Positions 1 through 12,145 of a stretch of 64,000 nucleotides of DNA are shown piece by piece (within the stretch, counting starts at the first letter, position 1; every line of letters begins with the position of its first letter). Made by a program: the position numbers and the translations under genes. The notes under the pieces are model-generated. The model worked only from the letters and a program-made list of their open reading frames with translations, did not search any database and was not told the origin of the DNA. The stretch comes from Octopus vulgaris (Eukaryota). The stretch spans positions 21,452,001-21,516,000 of the forward strand of contig OX597839.1 in NCBI GenBank assembly GCA_951406725.2. Reading direction: 5' to 3'.

Positions 1-126
1 CCTTCCTGTGTTTAGCCCCTCGTGGGTAGTAAAGAAATATATATATATATGTATGTATGCATATACGGACACACCAGCCAAGAGGGAAACTTTGACGTAA
101 TACATAGAAATATGTAATACATAGAA

Positions 127-157
<31 letters not shown>

Positions 158-236
158 TGTATGTATTTGTGTGTGTGCAGATATGCGTATATATACATTC
201 ATATATAAGTTATATAATCACACATATGTATGTGTG

Positions 237-277
<41 letters not shown>

Positions 278-321
278 CAATAATAAATCTCTGAACGAGA
301 TATAAACAGTAACCGCTCGAC

Positions 322-458
322 AACGTAAGGTGTACTAGCCATCTGAATGTGGCTAGCCACTGGGGGTGGGGTGTTACTGATCGCCTGGGGCTAAAAGCAT
401 CAGTAACACCCCACCCCCAGTGGCTAGCCACATTCAGATAGCTAGTACACCTTACGTT
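322..458. repeat. 60-bp inverted repeat with 17-nt loop
   Basis: 322-381 versus 399-458, one mismatch. Confidence 0.95.
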
Positions 459-690
459 ATATATACATATATATACATATTATATACACACACACGTATA
501 TATTAATATGCTCATTAAATTCCGTGTTGACGTATATAAAACCTATCCACACACAGATACACATATAGTCACTACTGAGTCACTGGTTGAATACGCTCCA
601 TGAGAAATGGACTCAAATACTCGAACAATAAAACCACCAATCGAGACAGGTTCTCGCCCACACGTCCGGACACAGAAACACGTCATTCTT

Positions 691-725
<35 letters not shown>

Positions 726-1088
726 TACATTTAAGATTTTATTCTATGAATTCAAAAGAATCAAAGTACATCAACTGGTGCGACGCCAGAAATGAGTAAG
801 TGCGATAGGAGAGTTCACAGTGAAATAAAGAAACGTGGAATGGATCAAGTACTGGTGGGATCCCATAGACATATGCAAATATCAGTGAAATTTGAGCGGA
901 GAACGTAGAGACGGACGAAATGCCGAAAAATCTGTGTGCTAAGGATTCTGCCAGCTCACTACGTAAATAACAACAACAACAGCAGCAACAACAACAACAA
1001 CAACAACAGTAGTAGTAGTGGTGGTGATGGTGGTGGTAGTAGTAGTAGTAGTAGTAATAAAAATAACAACAACAACAACAACAACAAC

Positions 1089-1131
<43 letters not shown>

Positions 1132-1303
1132 TTTTTTTTTAGACATTCATAAGTACAACACCAAAAACTCCTCCCCCACCCAAATATATGGCACACTAGG
1201 CATAACAACAACATGAACTTCCAACCTGTTGTCTCTTGAGGTCTCTGGGTGAGACTTGGAGCCAACTTGTACAAATATAAAGCAAAACTCAAACATAGAA
1301 TAC

Positions 1304-1354
<51 letters not shown>

Positions 1355-1860
1355 GATTGGAAGTATTATCATGTACATTGTTTTGTCTTGGTATAAAAGA
1401 TGGGCTACAGCAAATATTCTGCTCAATACCATAGATTTGCTTGTCAGTTGTTTGACCTTAACCAGTTGAGCATGTCCCTTAGTGGCTGACGATATGTGCA
1501 TCTCTGATCACGAGCAAAAGTAGTGGGGGAGCAACATAGCCATGTTTTGAGAGGGATTCTTTGGGGTTTGAATAATTCACCTCTGGAAACATGGGTGGTT
1601 CTTTCAACATCCTTAAACAACCCTTATTCAGGGACCTTTTGAGCGGGATGGGCTACTCAACCTGAAGAAAATTCTACATGGGCCCCACCTGCAAGGTCAT
1701 GTGCTGTTTATCTTGATATGAGATCACCATGTCGCGCACATATGGTTGTGATGCATGTGCCTAGTGTACCCTTATCAGATGGGTAGTCATGATGGGTATA
1801 TTGGGCTTCGTATATTTTACCCCAGTGTCACTTTGATGGCATGCACTGCTCTCTCACTCA
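1355..1860 (+). mobile_element. Non-coding ~550-bp retroposon in (TAA)n (family E)
   Basis: Second copy inverted at 4931-5490 and a fragment at 47575-47708; ends ctctctcactca(ata)n. Confidence 0.8.
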
Positions 1861-2040
1861 ATAATAATAATAATAATAATAATATTTTTTTTTTAGACAT
1901 TCATTAGTACAACACGAAAAACTCCCCCCACCAAATATATGGCATACTAGGCATGACAACATGAACTTCCAACCTGTTGTCTCTTGAGGTCTCTGGGTGA
2001 GACTTGGAGCCAACTTGTACAAATATAAAGCAAGTCAAAC

Positions 2041-2106
<66 letters not shown>

Positions 2107-2119
2107 CAACAACAACAAC

Positions 2120-3150
2120 TTAAGCAGGAGCAAATTTACAAATATCTCGGAATAAATGAGGGGGCTGGCATTCAGCCTGCAAGCATGAAAGAGAAGATCA
2201 GGAATGGACGTTACAGGAGACTTCGTGCAGTCCTAAAATCCGAGCTAAATGCACGGAACAATTCGTTAGCAGTTCCAGTTATTAATAGTTTCAATGCGTT
2301 GAACTGGAATATCAATGAAATAAGATGGGGAGGAAAATTCGTTAGCTGCTGAGCTGCAATAAGATGCACCACCCAAAGGCAGACGCAGATCGTCTTTACC
2401 TTCCCAACGAAGTCGAGGCCTGATCGAATTTGAAATCTCTTCTCTTTGAAAACCACCACAATTAGGCTGGACAAATATCTTGAAACATCTAACAATTAGA
2501 TGCTAAAACTGTGGTAAGTAGCTTGCTAACCAACCACATGGTTCCGGGTTCAGTCCCACTGCGTGGCATCTTGGGCAAGTGTCCTCTACTATAGCCCCGG
2601 GCCGACCAATGCCTTGTGAGTGGATTTGGTAGACGGAAACTGAAAGAAGCCTGTCGTATATATGTATATATATATACGCGTGTGTGTGTTTGTGTTTGTC
2701 CCCCTAGCATTGCCTGACAACCGATGCTGGTGTGTTTACGTCCCCGTTACTTAGCGGTTCGGCAAAAGAGACCGATAGAATAAGTACTGGGCTTACAAAG
2801 AATAAGTCCCGGGGTCGATTTGCTCGACTAAAGGCGGTGCTCCAGCATAGCCGCAGTCAAATGACTGAAACAAGTAAGTAAAGTAAAGTAAAGTAAAGTA
2901 AGACATAAAGAAGCTTCATTCAGTTATGAAGGAAAGCAAAAAAGTTGTTAGTGAGTTTATGCATAATACCCAGGTTTAACAACATGTTGGAAGTACGAGA
3001 ACTCTTGTTGCAAAGGTGAAATCAATGGCAAAGTAAAATGCGTTTGAACAATTGGCTGATAGGTGGGAACAAAAACCTCTGCAGGGCAAATATGTGGCTC
3101 GTAGCAAACAAGCTGATGTAGACCAGAAGCACACCCATCAGTAAAGAACA
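2120..3150 (+). mobile_element. R4/Dong-like non-LTR retrotransposon fragment, interrupted by a SINE at 2509-2901
   Basis: YKYLGINE, LKSELNARN, AVPV and MHHPKADADRLYLP...RGL remnants; embedded in (TAA/CAA)n. Confidence 0.7.
2509..2901 (+). mobile_element. SINE family A
   Basis: Matches 7646-8084; slightly 5'-truncated. Confidence 0.9.
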
Positions 3151-3159
3151 ATAATAATA

Positions 3160-4110
3160 ATCCTTTCTACTGTAGGCACGAGGCCTGAAATTTGGAGGAA
3201 GGGATTAAGTCGATTATAGCGACCCCAGTGCGTAACTGGTCCTTAATTTATCGACCCCGAAAGGATGAAAGGCAAAGTCGACCTCGGCGGAATTTGAACT
3301 CAGAACGTAACAGCAGACGAAATACCTATTTCTTTATTACCCACAAGGGGCTAAACACAGAGGGAACAAACAAGGACAGACATAGGTATTAAGTCGATTA
3401 CATCGACCCCAGTTCGTAACTGGTACTTAATTTATCGACCCCGAAAGGATGAAAGGCAAAGTCGACCTCGGCGGAATTTGAACTCAGAACGTAACAGCAG
3501 ACGAAATACCTATTTCTTTATTACCCACAAGGCGCTAAACACAGAGGGGACAAACAAGGACAGACATAGGTATTAAGTCGATTACATCGACCCCAGTGCG
3601 TAACTGGTCCTTAATTTATCGACCCCGAAAGGATGAAAGGCAAAGTCGACCTCGCCGGAATTTGAACTCAGAACGTAACAGCAGACGAAATACCTATTTC
3701 TTTATTACCCACAAAGGGGCTAAACACAGAGGGGGACAAACATGGACAGACATAGGTATTAAGTCGATTACATCGACCCCAGTGCGTAACTGGTACTTAA
3801 TTTATCGACCCCGAAAGGATGAAAGGCAAAATCGACCTCGGCGGAATTTGAACTCAGAACGTAACAGCAGACGAAATACCTATTTCTTTATTACCCACAA
3901 AGGGGCTAAACACAGAGGGGGACAAACAAGGACAGACATAGGTATTAAGTCGATTACATCGACCCCAGTGCGTAACTGGTACTTAATTTATCGACCCCGA
4001 AAGGATGAAAGGTAAAGTCGACCTCGGCGGAATTTGAACTCAGAACGTAACAGCAGACGAAATACCTCTAAGCATTTCGCCCGGCGTGCTAACGATTCTG
4101 CCATCTGGCA
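3160..4110 (-). mobile_element. Tandem pentamer of a tRNA-derived, Meta-domain-like SINE (family B)
   Basis: Units recur at 3220, 3404, 3588, 3774 and 3960 (184-186-bp period); core gtcgactttgcctttcatcctttcggggtcgataaattaagtaccag; A/B-box head only on the 5'-most unit. Confidence 0.85.
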
Positions 4111-4930
4111 GCAACAACAACAACCACAACAGTTAGTTATGTCACCTGATATCCCACGTGTGTCCAATGGAGTAAATCACATCATATAACTGGTAGTTGC
4201 GTCCCGGCCCCAGGGTGTGAGTGGATAGTAGAAGTTAAATAAGACCTTGATTTGAATTTATATCGTAAAGCGAGCAAAATTGTTGGGGCCTTCATGAATA
4301 CCTGTTGTTAACCCTGTAACTCTTTCTATGTTGGAATGATGACGGCTGGAACGTCGAATCTATCTATTATATCACACGCCTTTTTTTTCTTTGTTTTTGT
4401 TTTTTTGATGCTTTTCGATCGCTTTTTGTACGAGTGGTGAAAATATAAATGTACATAGAGGCGATCGAAAAGCAAAAAAAAAAAAAAAAATAAAGGCGTG
4501 TAATATGCAACACAAGCAGTAAACAAAAATATAATAGAACAGAATGGTGATATTTAGTAGAGATGACCCGGAAGTCGTTGCTCTTCGAATACTATCGCAT
4601 ACAGCAGCAGCTTTCTTCAGCTGAACACACGTAGTTGATTGGTTAAAATTACCCAAATACGACAACTATAACACGAAATAACTTCTAAAATACGAATTTT
4701 GTCAAAAATGTTGAAAGTAAACCATGCTCAGCGTGAGAAATCACACCAGTATACAAAGTTTCAAACTGTTTAGTTAAAAAAAAATAATCAAAAAATCTGT
4801 GAGCGAAATTGAAGGGATCCTATATATGTGTACAGGGGCAGGCGGGGCTGTGTAGTAAGAAGCTTGCTTCCCAACCACATGGTTTCATGTTCAGTCCCAC
4901 TGCGTGGCACCTTGGGCAAGTGTCTTCTAT

Positions 4931-5490
4931 TGAGTGAGAGAGCAGTGCATGCCATCAAAGTGACACTGGGGTAAAATATACGAAGCCAGTATACCCACCA
5001 TGACTACCCGTCTGATAAGGGTACACTAGGCACATGCACCACAACCATATGTGCGCGACATGGTGATCTCATATCAAGATAAACAGCGCATCACCTTGCA
5101 GGTGGGGGCCCAGTTTGAATTTTATTCAGGCCGAGTAGCCCATTCCAACTCAAAAGGTCCCTGAATAAAGGTTGTTTAAAGATGTTGAACGAAACACCCA
5201 TGTTTCCAAAGGTGAATTATCCAAGCGCCAAAGAATTCCTTTCAACACAAGGCTATGATGCTCTTCCACTACTTCAGCTCGTGATCAGAGATGCACATAT
5301 CGTCAGCCACAAACGGACATGCTCAACTGGTTAACGTCAAACAACTGACAAGCAGATCTGTGGTACTGAGCAGAATATAATATGCTGGAGCCCATCTTTT
5401 ATACCAAGACAAGACAATGTACATGATAACACTTCCAATCAGTTAAGATCAGAAGCCATGAGAGCCACTGCCTGGTACTGCATCAGGGCA
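4931..5490 (-). mobile_element. Family E retroposon
   Basis: Reverse-complement match to 1355-1860 with a longer 5' end. Confidence 0.8.
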
Positions 5491-5518
5491 TTTTTTAATT
5501 ATTATTATTATCATTATT

Positions 5519-5720
5519 AAGGCGGCGAGCTGGCAGAATTGTTAGCACGTCGGGTTAAATACTTAGTGACATTTCGTCCAACTTTACGTTCTGAGTTCAA
5601 ATGTCGCCGAGGTCGACCTTTCATCCCTTCGGGGTTCATAAAACAAGTACCAGTTGAGATCTGGGATCGATGTAATCGACTAAGGAAATTGCTGGCCTTG
5701 TGCCAAATTTTGAAATCATT
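5519..5720 (+). mobile_element. SINE family B
   Basis: ggcggcgagctggcagaa...gagttcaaat...ctttcatcccttcgggg. Other decayed copies at ~33819-33985, 40735-41000, 44490-44670, 47722-48730 and 51575-51740. Confidence 0.8.
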
Positions 5721-6334
5721 ATTTTTATTGTTGTTGGTAGCAAGTCATGGAGTGGAACCGATGCAATCGACAAATGGTTTCCCCTCAACATTGCTGGCCT
5801 TGTGCGTAAACCAGAAATCGTTGTCATGGCTGACATTAATTCTTCGGGTTTTTTTGGGGGGTTTCTTCTTTCTTGGTAATTCATTTCGTTTGTTCAACGG
5901 TGTAAACGACCTCCTCTGACCCCTGCTTTCAAGCAGCAACCAGACAATCAGCAGCTCGCTTTGTATGTCGGTCGGTGAGAGAGAGCGAGGGCGAGGCAGC
6001 TTGCACGTATATCGGTCGATGTGTGTGTGAGAAGCAGCTTCCCTTTGGGTGTGTGCGTGAGTGTATGCATACCTGTCTGCTTGCTTGCTTGCCTTCCTAT
6101 CTGTGTTGGGGTGGATGTGGGGGGGGGGGGGGGGGGGCAACGTGTGCGCGTAGCCGGGTAGAAGTGCATGTGGAGGCCATTCTTTCAAACTTCATCTCGA
6201 GCAGCCACATTCCTCTTCCTTCTACCTCGCTCTCTCTCTTTTTCTCTTCCTCTTCCTCTCATTCTCTCATCAGCATCACTCTTTCTCCACCCTCCCACTT
6301 TCTCGCTTTCTAACTCCGCTTTTCAATCTTTTTT

Positions 6335-6536
6335 TATTCTTTTACTTGTTTCAGTCATTTGACTGCGGCCATGCTGGGGCACCGCCTTTTTTAGTCGAAC
6401 AAATCGGCCCCGGGACTTATTCTTTGTAAGCCCAGTACTTATTCTATCGGTCTTTTTGCCGAACCGCTAAGTAACGGGGACGTAAACACACCAGCATCGG
6501 TTGTCAAGCAATGCTAGGGGGACAAACACAGACACA

Positions 6537-6624
<88 letters not shown>

Positions 6625-6789
6625 TACGACGGGCTTCTTTCAGTTTTCGTCTACCAAATCCACTCACAAGGCTTTGGTCGGCCCGAGGCTATAGCAGAAG
6701 GCACTTGCCCAAGGTGCCACGCAGTGGGACTGAACCCGGAACCATGTGGTTGGTTAGCAAGCTACTTACCACACAGCCACTCCTACGCC
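6335..6789 (-). mobile_element. SINE family A
   Basis: Reverse-complement match to 7646-8084. Confidence 0.9.
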
Positions 6790-7118
6790 AATCGTACATC
6801 TTTCCTTCCATGTGTCTTTCTGTGTTTGCGTGCGTGCATGCTTCCGTGTGTGTAAGCGTATGTGTGTGAGTGTGCATTTGATAAGCTTCTTTCTGCTGAC
6901 CCCGATCAAAATCCCGCATGTAAATTCGGCCAATCACGATCGTCTTATCTCTTCCACCCCGTCACACTATTATAACTGTACTCATTATCAAAGGTACCCT
7001 ACCCAAAGAACCGCCTACACATCAATGGAACTCCAAACTAAAAACTCCTTTGGGTCGCCCTAACTAAACTGTGTCACTCGACTTTCAATATTGAGTACAT
7101 CTTCAGCCGTTTGTTATC

Positions 7119-7396
<278 letters not shown>

Positions 7397-7645
7397 GGCA
7401 GCATTCACTCACAAGATATTTCCCATCTCGGGGATAGAATAGAATGCACAAAGCACTGCTCATTGCGATTGAACTCGCAGCTACGTGGTTGCCACGAGCG
7501 TTTGAACAGGAGAGCAATGTATACGTCTCGATCTATTTGGACATCTGCATACAAACATGTACATACATATTCATCTACGGGCACATGAGTATATGTATGT
7601 GCATACGCATGCATACATATATGTGCACAAACACACACACACATA

Positions 7646-7816
7646 GGCGCAGGAGTGGCTGTGTGGTAAGTAGCTTGCTAACCAACCACATGGTTCCGGG
7701 TTCAGTCCCACTGCGTGGCATCTTGGGCAAGTGTCTTCTGCTATAGCCCCGGGCCGACCAATGCCTTGTGAGTGGATTTGGTAGACGGAAACTGAAAGAA
7801 GCCTGTCGTATATATG

Positions 7817-7874
<58 letters not shown>

Positions 7875-8084
7875 TGTGTCTGTGTTTGTCTCCCTAGTAT
7901 TGCTTGACAACCGATGCTGGTATGGTTACGTCCCCGTCACTTAGCGGTTCGGCAAAAGAGACCGATAGAATAAGTACTGGGCTTACACAAGAATAAGTCC
8001 CGGGGTCGAGTTGCTCGATTAAAGGCGGTGCTCCAGCATGGCCGCAGTCAAATGACTGAAACAAGAAAAAGAGTAAAAAGAGTA
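7646..8084 (+). mobile_element. SINE family A (tRNA-like head, internal (TA)n(TG)n, LINE-like tail)
   Basis: ggcgcaggagtggctgtgtggtaag...gggttcagtccc...cttgggcaagtg...ccagcatggccgcagtcaaatgactgaaac(aaaagagt)n. Confidence 0.9.
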
Positions 8085-8224
8085 CATGTATATAATTACG
8101 ACCGGGTGGCCATAACCCGAATCTACCCAACTAACAATGATGGGGTGAACCCAAAACAACAACACACCATGAAGTTTATTTTAAATATTATTAACAATTA
8201 AGCACCAGCATACACAAACAACCA

Positions 8225-9221
<997 letters not shown>

Positions 9222-9387
9222 CACACACAGACGGCAGCATTCACTCACAAGATATTTCCCATCTCGGGGATAGAATAGAATGCACAAAGCACTGCTCATT
9301 GCGATTGAACTCGCAGCTACGTGGTTGCCACGAGCGTTTGAACAGGAGAGCAATGTATGCGTCTCGATCTATTTGGCCATCTGCATA

Positions 9388-9800
9388 GGCGCAGGAGTGG
9401 CTGTGTGGTAAGTAGCTTGCTAACCAACCACATGGTTCCGGGTTCAGTCCCACTGCGTGGTATCTTGGGCAAGTGTCTTCTGCTATAGCCCCGGGCCGAC
9501 CAATGCTTTGTGAGTGGATTTGGTAGACGGAAACTGAAAGAAGCCTGTCGTATATATGTATATATATATAATTGTGTGTGTGTGTGTTTGTGTGTCTGTG
9601 TTTGTTACCCTAGCATTGCTTGACAACCGATGCTGGTATGTTTACGTCCCCGTCACTTAGCGGTTCGGCATAAGAGACCGATAGAATAAGTACTGGGCTT
9701 ACAAAAGAATAAGTCCCGGGGTCGAGTTGCTCGATTAAAAGGCGGTGCTCCAGCATGGCCGCAGTCAAATGACTGAAACAAGTAAAAGAGTAAAAGAGTA
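9388..9800 (+). mobile_element. SINE family A
   Basis: Full-length copy. Confidence 0.9.
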
Positions 9801-10019
9801 TACATATTCATCTACGGGCACATGAGTATATGTATGTACATACGCATGCATACATATATGTGCACAAACACACACACACATGTATATAATTACGAGCGCG
9901 TGGCCATAACCCGAATCTACCCAACCAACAATGATGGGGTGAACCCAAAACAACAACACACCATGAAGTTTATTTTAAATATTATTAACAATTAAGCACC
10001 AGCATACACAAACAACCAT

Positions 10020-11066
10020 CTAAAAGTATGTAAGCGAGTCCTAGCAAGACCACTGCAGTTCCTCTTTCAGAGCTTCCTTGCAATTGGCAAACTTCAAGAA
10101 AACTGAAGGAGGGTAAAATATGCCCTATTCATAAAGGAGGTAGCAGAGCGGAGACCAAGACCTACAGACCTATCCCTCTGACCTCACACATCAGCAAGGT
10201 CATGGAACGAATAGTCAGAAGGAAATTAATCGCCTTCCTTGAAGAAAATTACTTGCTGCCTGACACCCAATATTGTTTCCGATCAGGAAGAAGCTGCTTA
10301 ACTCAGCTCCTACAACACTATGACTGGGTGCTGAAACGACTGCTCAACCATTCAAATGTGGAAGTGATATATCTCGACTTTGCAAAGGCCTTTGATAAAG
10401 TCGATCATGGAATGATATGTCACAAACTGCGTGATCTTGGCATAGTTGGAAAATTGAGAGAATAGCTGCATGACTTTCTGAAGGATAGAAGTCAGGTGGT
10501 AGTAGCCAATGGGGCCACCTCCAATGACACGCAAATAGTGAGCGGTGTTCCGCAAGGCACTGTTTTGGGACCACTGCTGTTCATAATGATGCTCTCAGAC
10601 ATGCCCTCAGCCACGCAGAGAGCCCCGATCACAAGTTATGCAGATGATACAAAAGTCTCACAGGTAATACAGAACCCTGAAGACATTATGCATCGGCAAT
10701 GTGAGCTGGACGAAATATACAAGTGGGCTGAAAAGAATAGCATGCAGTTCAATGCTGAAAAGTTTCAAGCTTTATGCTATCAGCATGCAAATCTAAATGC
10801 AATATCCAATAAATGCACTGGACCTGGAGGGATTGCAATCCCAGAGGCACAATCCAACGAAGCTACACGAAGAAGATAGCAACTGTGTAGCATATAAGCT
10901 ACTGGGAAAGACTCAAGAGATTACGACTCTATTCAGAGCGAAGCGAGAAATATATGCCATAATATACATCTGAAAGATCCTGGAAGGACTTGTCCCAAAC
11001 TTTGGCATCGAGACTTACCCCAGCATGGCCACAGCTCGTGGCTGAAACTAGATAAAATGAAACGAA

Positions 11067-11070
<4 letters not shown>
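10020..11070 (+). mobile_element. CR1-like LINE, 5'-truncated and internally deleted RT with 3' tail
   Basis: YRPIPLTSHISKVMERIV, YLDFAKAFDKVDH, SGVPQGTVLGPLLF, YADD, SYWERLKRLRLY; tail ccagcatggccacagctcgtggctgaaac. Confidence 0.9.
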
Positions 11071-11129
<59 letters not shown>

Positions 11130-11134
<5 letters not shown>

Positions 11135-11245
11135 CCAAGAAAAAAGCAACAAGAATGGATTAGTAGTTTTAGTACAATTGCTCTTAGTATGAAACAATTG
11201 TATTAAAACTACTAATCCATTCTTGTTGCTTTTTTCTTGGTTATA
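11130..11245. repeat. 51-bp inverted repeat with 14-nt loop
   Basis: 11130-11180 versus 11195-11245, one mismatch. Confidence 0.95.
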
Positions 11246-11356
11246 ATCACCCCACATTATTTTATGGTTAATACCATAAAGAATTCTGGTGCATCTAAGT
11301 TAAGTACCATATTCATTTGAATTCATTGGAGTTCGCTTGAATCTTAATTATTTTTG

Positions 11357-11412
<56 letters not shown>

Positions 11413-11702
11413 ATATTTCAGAAAGGTCATTTTGCCAGTTTAGCCAATAAAAATGACCATTCCGAAATATAACAATATCTGTTTCAACACACGACTTCAC
11501 ATAAAAAATCTTGCACAACAAATATATAAACGTATGTATATATTTTTGAGTATACATTGTCTGGGAGACTTTTCTTATAGTAGAAGAAATAGCTAAGATT
11601 TTTTGGCTGCTATTTCTAAAAGTTCGGTGTGTGGTAAAATAAATTATTTTACTGAACTCTAATTATATAACGTAATGTTTTAAATATACCGTAAATGGTA
11701 CA

Positions 11703-12033
11703 TATAGCCAAAAAATAGCAAAAAAATGCATTAAAAATTGAAAAAAAATTATGGTAATTTTTTTTTTAAATCGTTGACACATCGTAGATATTTTTAGAGA
11801 GTTACTTCCCTTATATAATAACGAAAAATATGCATTAAAATGGAAAAATATGATGGTAAATTTTTTTAAAATCGTAGACTCATCGTAGACGCGCGCTAAT
11901 ACCTGGAAGGGCTCGATATGAATCACGACTATAAGATACCCGCTTTTGGTTAAACTGCACCGCAAAATGTGGGAGTAGTTACGAATCTAAATCGTAGGAG
12001 ACAGACACACAACTTCACTTTTATATATAAAGA
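11703..12033 (-). mobile_element. Non-autonomous Helitron, 3'-truncated
   Basis: Shares the 5' end and internal sequence (aatcgtagactcatcgtagacgcgcgctaata) with 38946-39508. Confidence 0.8.
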
Positions 12034-12145
12034 TATAAGTCACGTAGTTATATACACATACTTTGTTATATACACATTCTTAAAAGAAAATGTTATTTTG
12101 AACACAACATTTACAAAGAATAAAATATTTTTTGGTTTTTCTTAA

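Noticed and set aside
2489-2710. Recurrent peptide RQASFSFRLPNPLTR...GTMWLVSKLLTTQPL that looks like a gene family
   Set aside because: Antisense translation of SINE family A copies.
3160-4110. Possible CRISPR-like array
   Set aside because: Whole ~185-bp units repeat with no unique spacers; eukaryotic SINE sequence and no cas genes.
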